DNA of 61,398 bases, filler included, from Dugesia japonica (lineage: Eukaryota), in NCBI GenBank assembly GCA_001938525.1. It is 6 parts of 6 records of this genome, joined end to end, with 100 filler letters (N's around TTAATTAATTAA, not from the genome) between each part and the next. Parts side by side here need not be neighbours in the genome. Positions count along the whole stretch, not along the records: positions 1 to 11,878 come from MQRL01422867.1; 5 more parts are not named here. One strand, written 5' to 3'. The position numbers were made by a program, and so were the translations under genes. Below the pieces are notes generated by a model. The model did not search any database. It worked only from the letters and a program-made list of their open reading frames with translations, and was not told the DNA's origin. This document shows, piece by piece, positions 1 through 11,279 of this stretch (position 1 is the stretch's first letter; every line of letters starts with the position of its first letter).

Positions 1-75
1 ATACTAGATAAAGGTAACCATTAAATAATACATAATAACAATAAAGTAATGACTAATATTTATTTAAGGAAACTT

Positions 76-290
76 TTAAATTGAACAATAATCGTTTTCA
101 TCATCATCATCTGTAAAGTTTTTATCATTCACAATGGTTTCTTCAAAATTCATATAATTTTCCTCTTCTTCAGTTTATACAAATTTCAGTACTTCGTCAA
201 CTATTAGAGTTGTATATTCTTTAATAATGAATACAATTTCTTTTTTCACTGCAATATTCATGTTTTTTTAAGCATTTTCAATCAGTATAT
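76..290 (-). pseudogene. Small decayed ORF with acidic C-terminus, divergent from the TBP-like gene
   Basis: Minus strand reads ...IVFIIKEYTTLIVDEVLKFV*TEEEENYMNFEETIVNDKNFTDDDDENDYCSI*, with internal stops. No family recognised. Confidence 0.3.
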
Positions 291-314
291 CGATTTTGTT
301 TATTGTTGAAAAAG

Positions 315-339
315 TATAAATAGACCAAAATAATCACTT
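315..339 (+). promoter_or_regulatory. TATA box (TATAAATAG) plus initiator-like TCACTT upstream of the TBP-like gene
   Basis: TATAAATAG at 315-323, TCACTT at 334-339, ATG at 353. A similar TCACTTTTCAAATG precedes the ATG at 7486. The AT-rich background limits confidence. Confidence 0.4.
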
Positions 340-352
340 TTAATATGTAATT

Positions 353-791
353 ATGTTGTTGTCAAATATAAATTATAAAGGATATACTACTGAAAGTTTG
401 AATAGTCTTCAATTAATTATAAACCAAAACAATGTGTATTAAAGTATTCCGATTTTACAATAATTATTTTTCCAATAGAAAAATGTCAAATAATGGGTTG
501 TAAAAACTATTAGAAAACAAAGAACTTCCATTCAATATAATTGTNAAAGAAATACAATCGGTGACGGTGACCACTTCCTTACAGTTGTCAATAAATTTAC
601 AGAAATTGGCTGAAACATCAAATTGTATTTATGAACTGGAAATATTTCCAGATCATCGATTAATACTATCCAATCGTCTATGTGTTAATGTTTTTCATTC
701 TGGGAAAATAGTAATAACCGGTTTAAAAACTTAAGATTTTTTTGAGGTTGTAAATATTATTCAAAGATATTTATTATATTTGATAAATTAA
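353..791 (+). pseudogene. Miniature TATA-binding protein (TBP)-like gene, disrupted by 2 frameshifts and 1 stop
   Basis: Manual translation: MLLSNINYKGYTTESLNSLQ/NYKPKQCVLKYSDFTIIIFPIEKCQIMGCK/LLENKELPFNIIVKEIQSVTVTTSLQLSINLQKLAETSNCIYELEIFPDHRLILSNRLCVNVFHSGKIVITGLKT*DFFEVVNIIQRYLLYLIN*. The second half matches TBP repeat 2 (KIQN..., YEPELFP, LIFVSGKVVLTGAK). The first half matches repeat 1 (LQNIV..., LIFSSGKMVCTGAK). Confidence 0.8.
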
Positions 792-987
792 ATGTATTAA
801 CTTTTTTCATTATGTCTTGTTTTATAATTAATAGAATTTATATCTAAATAATTAAGTCATGCAATACGTATACATAATATATGCACGTCATAAGCAATGT
901 AGATGCAATTAATACATCAATATTATTGATTAGGTAGACTTATATATAAAGAAAAGTCATAATTCATGTTTTCATAATTTTATAACA

Positions 988-1690
988 ATGATGAAAATGA
1001 ATGATTCTGAAAATAAAATGATGGAGGAGAAAAGATAAAATATCTTAAAATTATCCATCCAACAACAACAACATCATCGAGGAACACAAATGACCAGTGA
1101 GTATCCATTCCACCTCAACTCAATTCTCGCCAACAAAATGGATAAATATCTACATGATTGTAGATATTTAATTTCCGAAAAAATTATATATGTGATTTCA
1201 GAACATAAATACCATCGAAAGAAATTCGAGACATTAAGCGAATGGGAAATATTAGAATATAGATATTTATTAGAAAAGGATATTGAAAAAGGAATTCATG
1301 CTTTAAGTCAAGTAAGAAAAATAATGATAAAAAAATATTTTTTTTGTAAGTTCAATTGTTAGAAATGTTATTACAAGAAAGCAAAAACGAAAAGAACATC
1401 AATTTCCTTACCAGATAGGTACCATATCAAACGTGTCAAAAATAGTTGAAGGGTTGGCTTTTGCGCTCAAACTTAAAATGCCCACTCCATTAGTCAGCAC
1501 CACGGCTAATATGATGATGAAGAAATTTCATGAAGAAAAGCCATATGATCCTAGAGAAATAGTTCTACAACAAAAAATATTTAATCTCAAAATAGTGTCA
1601 GATGCATTACAAGTGGTGAAAGAGTGTGATTTACTTCTAGATGGAGAAATCGGTGATCTAAGTAGTAATAGTAATATAAAACAACTTTAA
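988..1690 (+). pseudogene. Decayed orphan ORF of about 230 aa within element A
   Basis: ORF-track pieces 1090-1362 and 1433-1690 can be joined through stops and a frameshift. Upstream in-frame ATGs at 988-997, TATATATAAAG at about 941. No family recognised. Confidence 0.4.
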
Positions 1691-2435
1691 TATATATATA
1701 TATATTTTGTTTAGTTTGTCGTTTCAATCATCTGTGAATTGAGGAAAACGAAATACGACGACGATAGCGATCATATTTGTTTTTCATATAAATAAATGTT
1801 TAAAATTGTTTTATTGTCTTTTTTATTGTTATTGTTTTTAAATAAAAGTACAATTAATAGTAAATTATTTGTGTGTTCTAGTTTTTGAACATTAAAATAA
1901 TATATGTAAGAAATTATCAAGTTTATAGTTTATCAAAACTATTAAAACCATAATTTTATAAAATATTTTTTAAAATAATAATACTTTAAATGAAAAAAAA
2001 TTTACAAATTTAAAAAATTAAAAAAAATTTTCACATTTCAAAATTTTCATTTACATTTCTACTAAGAAAAATATCGACATCCAATTACAAAAATAACTTT
2101 TCCAAAAGTATAGTGTAAGTTGCTCAAAAACATGGGAGGACACGAGGACAGGAAATTTGGAACCTTATATCGTCACCAATTTTCTATGGAAAAAGTTCAA
2201 ATTAATATTAAACTCTCCATATTTTTCTCAATTTTTAAACATTTTAAAATTTTCAAAAATTCAAAAAGAAATTTTTGTTTTTTCAGAAAAAATTTTAAAA
2301 AATATTAAAAAAATTTTCTTATTCTATCATCAGATTATCTGAACGCCCGTTTAAAAGGTACAGATATTACAGCAAACAGTGCGACTTTATTCCTCTTAGA
2401 TGCTGAGAAAAATCGATGAAAAGATATATTTGCAC

Positions 2436-2740
2436 GTAACCATGACAACCGTCCCATTCTTAGGAACTAAGGTTAGAAAAAAATCTTAAAAAATTAAAAA
2501 AAAAATATAAAATTTTTTTGGTTGCCATGGCAACAGCTGCCATAGGTAAGGCTACCTTGGATACAATTACTCAATATGTTTCCGCGCACCATCGCCCTTA
2601 GTTACTGCGCAAAATTAATTTTTCTGTCACCGAAACGGTTGCCGTGGAAACGGTCCCGATCACGGTTTCGATATGGTTGCCATGGAAACGGTTGCAATTA
2701 AAGTCGCGATCATGGTCGCGGAAATGTTGCCAATGGTTAC
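2436..2740. promoter_or_regulatory. Cluster of RFX X-box motifs
   Basis: GTAACCATGACAAC 2436-2449, perfect palindrome GTTGCCATGGCAAC 2521-2534, GTTGCCGTGGAAAC 2638-2651, GTTGCCATGGAAAC 2676-2689, GTTGCCAATGGTTAC 2726-2740. Confidence 0.6.
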
Positions 2741-3677
2741 GGTTCCACCTGCCCTCCTTCTGTTTTTGTTCTTGTGTCCTCTTTTCCACTACTCTGCTCT
2801 GTTGTAACTGATCGTTCAGCTTTATAAAAAATTGATCCGTACTAGTAAAACTATATTTTATCTTGTAAATATTACTAAAAATTTTTAAATTCTAGTTTAT
2901 TTCGCCTGAAGAAAATTCTGAAGAAAGAGTAGAAAATTGTGAATAAAAACAAGAAAATTCTGAAAAGAAAACAATAAGTGAGAACGAATACCAGTCCTCT
3001 TCAAGACCACAATTTTTTTATTGTAAAAATTGTTACACATTGTGAATGTATACCGGTTCTCATTAAAATCAAAATGATTGTTATCTACGATGAAAACAAA
3101 TATTAGATTGTTGTCTTCGGATTGTTCCAACTACAATGAAACAGAATAAAATTGGTATTATTTATTTTTTTAAAAATATTATTTATTTTATTTTGTAAAT
3201 ATTATTTATTTTATTTTGTACATATTATTTATTTTAGTTTGGCATTAATAAGAAAGTAAAGTTGAACCATATAGAAAAAATCATAACGTACAGGACCAAA
3301 ATTATTGAATGAGTGAACAAAGAAATGCAACATGATTACAAATTAAACAATGAGGAATGCAACTCAGATGCCGATTTAACAAAGAAATATTTCAGTTGCA
3401 ATTTCAACAAAGAAAATTGCAGTTGTAATTTTAACAAAAACATATCCAATGCAGATTCAAAATGCTTGTAAATAAAATTAATTTTTTTCTTTTTATATAT
3501 AATTATGACTTTAGTTTCAATTATAGACAACATAACTGAATTTATTGAAATCTCTTATTCAGACGAAAATCGACAAATACTTGTAAAAAATAGTCAAGGT
3601 AATAGTAAATTACTTATATAATATATGTTCTGTGATTCTTAGAATACATTGTATGACAAATTAATTCTAAATATTTA

Positions 3678-4383
3678 ATTTTAATATTGATTAATAAAAA
3701 TAGAAGTATTACCACCAGTTTTTGTTTTTCTTTCAATCTGACATTTGTGTTCTTTTTCAAACGCAAAGGATAGAGACTATAATTGTATTTCAAGCCTGAT
3801 TTTGTTAATTTGTTCAGAAATTTTATAATCTAAGTCAAACTTTAAACCATTNGATACTTTTATTATATCTTCTTCATAAAACTGGTTTGCTACAGTTGTC
3901 AGATCAAGATTAAACAATTTTACCAAGTTATGCATTAGGAAACCTATGTTTTTAATGAATCCATATTAAAATCTAGTTTTTTGACGCTTTCTTCTTTTCT
4001 TAATAATACCAAACTATCCATTAAAAACAATTTTCATCAATTGATGTAAATCAGCTTCTAGGAGTTTCTCCAACTTATGTTGATAGAGTAATAAATCATT
4101 ATTTGAAATCTCTTCAAAAGCATCCATGAACATATAAAGATTGTAAACATTTTTCAAATTTTTTGCTTTTATTTGCTTTACAATTGCTTAAGAAATCTTT
4201 ATAATTCAATCTTACGTATTTATCCTCAGTATTTGGACTTAATTATGAAAGAACTTTCAGAATTTTGGATTGAGTCATTTTGTTCTTGTATTCTTTTTCA
4301 AACTCTTTATTTTCCCAAACACAAATATTAATATTTTTCACTATTTCTTCTTGTTTAAATGATAATGCATTTATTTTGGTCAT
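3678..4383 (-). pseudogene. Decayed orphan ORF within element A
   Basis: Starts MTKINALSFKQEEIVKNINICVWENKEFEKEYKNKMTQSKILKVLS*..., with a later open stretch GFIKNIGFLMHNLVKLFNLDLTTVANQFYEEDIIKVS. Multiple stops and frameshifts. Confidence 0.3.
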
Positions 4384-4556
4384 ATTTTAAATTGATTTAG
4401 AAAATCATGAATTTATAGAGATGTCGGTGTGTCTACATGAATCTATGTAATTAAAATTAATTAATCAGATTGATTAAAAAAATGGAAATAATTTTGATTG
4501 GATATTAAAACCTATATATTCGAAATACAAATGAAATAAAATCATTTATTTTCAAA

Positions 4557-4922
4557 ATGTGTTAAATATTTCTTGGAAAATTTACAGATGTTGACGACAA
4601 TAATCAAAATGCATAAGTTTATCCAAACTTAGAATATGATGAAAAAGAATGGCCAACAACCGCAGATGAAGAGAAAAATTTTTTGAAGCTACGAGTAAAT
4701 TATTGTTTACTAATTTTTACTAAAAATCTTCAAATACATTTGATAAAGGTTTGACTTAATTTCATTTTAATTATATTAGTTTGTTTTAGATTTGTTTATA
4801 GAATTACTCGGACTTCTTTATCCATGCCTAAAGGATGATATAATTTATTGTGCACCATAATTAATTTGGTACTAAATAAAAAACTGACCAGAGTGGACAT
4901 AAAAAAGGTCATGAATATATAA
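4557..4922 (+). pseudogene. Decayed two-exon orphan gene with 41-nt candidate intron (4749-4789)
   Basis: Exon 1 ...VYPNLEYDEKEWPTTADEEKNFLKLRVNYCLL; intron GTTTGA...TTTTAG; exon 2 DLFIELLGLLYPCLKDDIILLCTIINLVLNKKLTRVDIKKVMNI*. Joining requires one frameshift. Confidence 0.35.
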
Positions 4923-5100
4923 AATAAAAATCATAACAAATATATTGACTGTGACTACTTTTCTGGAAAGAAGAAAAATTTAAAGATAAAATGTTTATCA
5001 ATTTATGTAATTAATTCCATATTATTAAAAAATTGTTAGTTTAAACAGTATTTATCTTTATTATTATCTTTAATAATTCAAAAAAGAATTTAAAGAAAAA

Positions 5101-5340
5101 TTATGAGTCATGATTTATAAAAACAATGAGTCATTATTAACACTTTGAAAATTTTCAACCAATCAGAATCGATGATACTAAATCACTGGCTTTGAAAAAA
5201 CTTTAAAAAAAACGATGAATCATGGTCTATAAAAACGATGATTCATCGTCTTTGTTCCAGTCATCGATGACTCATACTGATGAGTCAATGTCTTTGTTAT
5301 AAAAGTTCTTTGGCTAGGGGGGTATCCAGTGCGCTACTAT
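5101..5340. promoter_or_regulatory. Element terminus with clustered AP-1 sites and a CCAAT box
   Basis: TGA(G/C)TCA at 5104, 5127, 5268 and 5281; near-matches TGAATCA and TGATTCA at about 5216 and 5238; CCAATCA at about 5159; G-run, then terminal CCAGTGCGCTACTAT. Confidence 0.55.
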
Positions 5341-7260
5341 TGCCCTTGTTAATGAGTTGTAATACGGTATTCGGAAAAATAGAGACTCATGAGATTTATA
5401 ATGATAATCAATGATATAGAATTGCGGATTCTGAAAACCTAGATATAAGTGAAATTGGTAAATAATTTATCAGATGCATGATAATGGAACACTCAGATCA
5501 GAAAATTATTTTTAACACGAGTAAATAATGGATTTTTACTAGAGATAAAGAGAAAATGGCCGTGCCTAAACGTTTAGTAACAGATGGACTTACAATCGAT
5601 AATAATGAATACATGTGGTTAAGATTATATATGTAAGAAGGTTGATGTAAAACTTTACACACCGAAACTATACTCGGATATGTAGAAGAGCTTATTCAAA
5701 ATAAAAAAGTGTTTGAAAAGGTATCACTTAAACAATTTTTTTCTGAAAAACAAAGAACATATGAAGAAATTACAGAATATGCTGCAGAAAATTACAAATG
5801 ATATGGAAGTTGAAGACAATTACTACGATATAGACAAAACATTAGCAACCTTTGAAAGGAATAAAGATGTATTTAGTCGATATAAGATGATTGTGGGTAA
5901 AACTGATATGATTAAACATAAAATAGAAACAACCGATAGCAGACCAATTGTTTTCAAGCCACGAAGAATACCAAAAAGACTCAAAGAAGAAGTAGAACGT
6001 ATGGTAAAAGATTTGATAGATGTTGGTGTTGTAAAGCCGAGTACGTCTCCATGGAACTTTCCACTTTTAGTGGCGAAAACGAAAAACGGTGATAACCAGA
6101 TGTGTGTTGACTACAGGGCACTGAATGCTAAAACAAACCGACCAATATTGCTAATACCATCATCAGAGGAAATATTTGACAGTATTGCTAGAGCTAAATT
6201 CATTTCAACTCTGGATCTTTCGAGTGGATATCACCAAGTGCCGATAGCTAAAAAAGATCAGGAAAAAACTGCATTCAGCACAAAGTTTGGACAATATAAA
6301 TTTAAAAGAATGCCGTTTGGGTTATGCTCAGTACCAGCGATTTCAGTGATTTATGAATATTGTATTGCGAAATGAAAATTGGAAAAGTGCGTAATATATT
6401 AAGAGGATGTTTTAATATTCGGTAAAACTGTAGAAGAGCACAACAAAAGACTAGAACAAATATTAAGAAGAATAAGAGTAGCTAGACTTAAATTAGCACC
6501 AAATAAATGAAAATCTTTACAGAAAAAAATACAATATCTCGGACATATAATAACTAAAAGTAGAATCGCAACAGATTTTGATAAGATAATGGCAATCCAA
6601 AAATGGGTGATTCCTCAATGTCGAAAAGAACTTCTAACATTCTTAAAGTTTTGTAATTATTATAGGCAATTCATAAAGAATAATGCAAATTTATCAGAAC
6701 CTCTCATTTCAAAAAGAAAAGAAAGAAAACAAGTTTCAGTGAACAGATGAAAATAAAGAATATTTTTACAAGCTACGTAATAGGTTGACCAACAGAGGAT
6801 TGATAATATATCTTGGATACATATGCTTCTCACAACGTAATTGGTGCTGTACTTTTTTAAGTACAAGATATGTATCTAATACAATACTGCATATGGAAAG
6901 CTGAGCTGCAAATCTTTGATATGACGATAGTATTTAGAAAAGGTCGTGAACATATTAATGCTGATGCATTTTCATGATTACCAAATTGCGAGCAGTGCTT
7001 AATAAAATATGAGGATCCAAAGAGGAAAAGAAATGTTAAAATAAACAAAACAACAGACAAAGATGAGGAAAAAAGTATACGCTGAGAAAACCTTATAAAT
7101 AAAATATACCAGGAAGACAAATGGGAACAAAAAGAGATATAAATATACTAATAATATTACAGGCTCTAGAAAGAAACGAGAGAACACTTCGTGACGTAAA
7201 GGTAAATAAGGAAATGCAATTGTATTGAGGGAAAAAGAAAAAACTGCGAAATAATGATAA
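5341..7260 (+). mobile_element. Ty3/Gypsy LTR retrotransposon pol relic (RT, RNase H)
   Basis: ORF 5713-6375 has SPWNFPL, MCVDYRALN, LDLSSGYHQV, KTAF and RMPFGL. Downstream degraded VIY*EDVLIFG (YLDD), RNase H LDTYAS..IGAVL and HINADAFS*LP. Confidence 0.92.
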
Positions 7261-7485
7261 ATGAATAAATGATTCTATTTATATAGTTTTTAAATGATGT
7301 GTTAATAATTAAATGTTGTTGATACAGTAAAACAATTGATTCCAGAACATTCTATTTGAACGTATCCAAATAATCAATTAATTTATTTAAAATTAAATTA
7401 ATTTATTTTATAATTATTATTTATTTTTCTAATTATTATTAAAGTTTTTTAAATTCATTAATTATACCTAATATTCACTTTTCAA

Positions 7486-7800
7486 ATGTTACCCTTAAAA
7501 CAAGAATTGACTATCAAAAATGATTTATTGAAAGAACATCAATAGAATATTTTAGGTAAATTCTTTTTAAAATTATTATTAATAATACTATTTTTAGATA
7601 TTGTAAAAGAAGTACTGGAAGATGATGTTCAAGATTTTAAAGAAAAATTAAAAAGTTGGTCAAAAGAAGATTATGGAAAGAATGCGAGAAATCTTACCAA
7701 TTTAGATATAGAAGAATATCTATTAAAGTTTTATGAAGTGATCAATAATATATGTGATTGTTACTATTGGTGTTATGAATTACTTAAAGCATGCTTGTAA
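7486..7800 (+). pseudogene. Small orphan gene with 42-nt candidate intron (7556-7597) and one premature stop
   Basis: MLPLKQELTIKNDLLKEHQ*NIL|DIVKEVLEDDVQDFKEKLKSWSKEDYGKNARNLTNLDIEEYLLKFYEVINNICDCYYWCYELLKACL*. Intron GTAAAT...TTTTAG. The intron is in-frame and stop-free, so splicing is not proven. Confidence 0.4.
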
Positions 7801-9110
7801 AATAGAAACAATCAAACAATATCGATAAGCGATCAGATTTATTGAAATAAATATATTTTTGAAAATTTGTTTGTTTTTACTTTAGTTATTTTAAGTAAAT
7901 CATTGTTGTTATTATTATGTGAGTTACCTCTATTAAATATTGGTTTTATCAAATTATTTTATTAAGATTAAAGTTGTTATTTCTTTAACCATGTTTTTCG
8001 TACTCTAAATAAAATTCTCCATCGAATAGACGGTGTGATGTTCAAATTTGAGGAACTCTTTCCAAAATTCATAATTTCTTCCCAGACTCCCAAAAAGAAG
8101 TTCATTTTTTTTTCTTTATAACTTTTTATGTATAATGTTTGTTGATTTTTAACCATGTTATTCTTACTGACCGTAAAAGTACTTATCGACTTGTATCAAT
8201 TTCGATAAATTATGAGGTACTTTTGATATTTACGAAAAATGTTACCAAATCCGGGAGGACGGTGGTACATATTCGTTAAAAAAAATTTTTTCCTAAACGA
8301 TATTTTAATTTTATACAGTCCTTTTTTTTTGAGTAAAATAATACCAAATTTGAGTCGATAGCTGTTATCTGTGCACAGATGTCTGAGCACTAAAATCTGA
8401 ATTATTTTTCCACCACAAAAACTCATTTATTTCATCGAGTATTACCTTTGACAGTTTAAGATTGACATATTTGGAATCAGTAAAAGATTCTATATCGAAT
8501 GGACACTTTGTTGACATATTTGAGAANAAACANNTTTTCGAAACATTTTTATTTGTAAAAAATTATTGTCGTAAAATTCTAAGCAGTTTGATATAAAATC
8601 TTTGAAATCTGAGATAAAGAACATTCAAAGATATAAATTGTTCTTCCAGATTCCCATAAAAATTTCATTTAAAAAATTTTAAATTTACATATTATTTAAA
8701 CAACATGAACGGTTTACCCCTGATTCATTTAAAAATTCCTATGAAACATTTTTACCAACTAAATACACAGTAAAAATATTGTTGTTTATAAAGACTGAAA
8801 AATTCTACTACTTAAAAAGCCTGAAAAATTCTACTGTTTCAATAGCTTATAAATATTTTACCAAAATAAATACACAATAATAATATTGCCGCTTAAAAAG
8901 CCTATAAAAATTTTCCCAAATAAATACACGACAAAATTAATTACATTATGTAATGCACACAAAGTAAATTTTTAAAAATTTTATTACTTCATAGGTTTTC
9001 TATTTTATTTTTTGAAATAAATTTCAATTTTCAATTTTCATAGGTTTTAAAGAATTTTAACATAATCTAAAATGCAAAAAAATGATTATATATTTTGAAA
9101 AAACATCTCT

Positions 9111-10858
9111 GATTTTACAGCTAAATACATGTGTACAACATGCAACAGTTGCAATCTAAGCAGAGAATTAATTATGCAATTACCGGTTGTATTCCACAAT
9201 TTAAGAGGATATGATATGCACCATATTCTTAAGGATGGACTCCGTCAATTCCCACATTGGGACCTCAGCTGTATTCCAACTACAAGTGAAAACGTCTTGT
9301 GTCTTATTGCACATAAAACAAAATCACTTACCATTCGATGTATCGGTTCATATCAATTTATCAATTCATCTCTAGATTCAGCTGTTTAAAACCATTAAAA
9401 CAACTATTTTAACATCACAGGAATTTATGGACAGTAGAGTTATAAGGACAAAGTGGATTATCCCATACAATCACGCTACTAGTTTGCAAGTACTGGTTAA
9501 TACAAAGAAAATGCCGCAAAAATGGGATGGAGTTAGGGATGAAGAACATGAAAAGCGATAGATATGTGGAAAATCTTGAAATCTAAAAACGTACTAGACT
9601 ATATGCTGGTGTACATGAAGTTAGACGCCTTTCTCCTAGCTGACGTTTTTCAGCAATTCCTAGCAAATTCATTAGCTCATAACTGTCTGGAACCCTTAAA
9701 TTTCTTTGACATTCCTGGTATGAGCATCTAGGCATCTGCTCTGATGACTTTAAACGAACCCATCGAGCTTTTGACTGATAACGACATGTATACTTTTTTC
9801 GAAGGTGGAATTAGAAGTGGGCTCACCTTTGTCAACAAACATCATGTTATTTCAGATGAAAACACAGAGTTGTTATACATCGATATAAATAATCTGTATG
9901 GTTGGGCTTTGAGCCAGAAGTTACCATATAAAGATTTTGAATGGGTATATTGTGGATTAGAAGTAGTTTTAGAAAAATGTAAATATGCAAATCCTGAGCC
10001 GTTGCAATATTGATACACTCTAGAAGTTGACATTGAGATTCCCAATGAACTTTACGATTTTATTAAAGACTTACCCATTGCAGCCGAACATCAATGTGCT
10101 CCAGGAAGTAAGGTCAAGAAATTAATGCTGAATCATTATTCAAAGTTCAATTACGAAGTGCACTGGAGATCACTGCAAATGCACTTGCAATTAGGTGTGC
10201 AAGTTACAAATGTTCACAGGGCAAGTAGATTTTCACAAGATCATATTTTTAAGCAATAAATCGATGAAAATACTACAGTAAGAGCTAAATGTGTCGATGA
10301 ATTAAATGAAAATTACTGCAAGCTCATGAACAACAGCTTATATGGCAAATCAGTTGAAAGTCTGAAAGAACGAATAAACTGGAGAATATGTAATTCAGCA
10401 AAAAAGTTAGTGACCTTTACCTCAAAACCAGAGCTTAGAAGAACCATTAAGATCGATAAAAATTAAATAGTGGTACAATTAAATAAAGACATTGTGTGTC
10501 TCAAAAGACCGAGTTAACTAGGACAGACAGTTCTTGATTTAAGCAAATTACGAATGTATCGACTTCAATATATTGAGTTAGAGAATGGTTTTTCTGAGAC
10601 CGAAGTGGTATAGCTTACTTAGCGAGAAGGAATCAATGAAGGTTAAAGGCATAACAATAAAATGTAATGACATTAGACATCAGTCATACCTAGATTGTTA
10701 CAATTACAGTAAACAGATCTCAATGAAACAATTTAGAATAGGAACAAAAAACCACCAGTTGTACAGGTCCAAAAGTCGCATTGACCAATAATGACAACAA
10801 AAGAGCATGGACTGATAAAAACATAAGCGTGCCATATGGGCATTATTCTTTCGCGTAA
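9111..10858 (+). pseudogene. Protein-primed B-family DNA polymerase (Polinton/Maverick/adintovirus type), decayed and internally deleted
   Basis: CNSCNL, ExoII FHNLRGYD, ExoIII YMKLD..LLADVF, EGGIRSG, motif A YIDINNLYGWALSQKLP, motif B KLMNNSLYGKSVE, GQTVLDLSKLRMY, LRPKWYS, KVKGI, C-terminal DNKR...SVPYGHYS*. The DTDS motif is absent (deletion at about 10582). Confidence 0.93.
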
Positions 10859-11279
10859 TAAATAAGACTCAGTTGAAAAGAAGCACATTTACAGATAATT
10901 TATTTTGTTATTTAAACTAATTAATTTTTACTATTAAGATCTAGTTTACAATGAAGATACTGCTTTAAACAAATGTACATGATGACTGAGTTTATCTGTA
11001 TATTATCAAAAATATATTTTATGTTTTGATTTGTCTTTTCATGTGTCTTTTATATATTATTATTAATATTGTCTGATAAGCATCTAATGTTAATATTGCT
11101 CGGAGCGATTAATATTGATGTTAATATTGCTCAGAGAAAATTCAATTCAAAATGTAAACCATCGATTTTCTGTGAAAAATCCATAAAAATCATTACATCA
11201 CTTAATTTAAATAGAAATCTGAAACATCATAAAATTTAAACAAATCATAAAATATGAATTAGTTTAAACAAAAAACAAA

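Larger units (their letters stand above)
1..5340. mobile_element. Decayed Polinton/Maverick-like (endogenous virus-like) element A; left part lies outside the window
   Basis: Dense, short, similarly decayed ORFs on both strands. It ends in GGGGGGTATCCAGTGCGCTACTAT (to 5340), whose last 15 nt match (14/15) the end of the pPolB-bearing element at 11483-11497. Gypsy pol sequence begins immediately after. No core Polinton gene is recognised inside this block, so the assignment rests on the shared terminus. Confidence 0.55.

Noticed and set aside
353-791. Host TBP or TRF2 gene
   Set aside because: Too short and divergent, intronless and disrupted. Cellular TBP cores are near-invariant, so no gene symbol was assigned.
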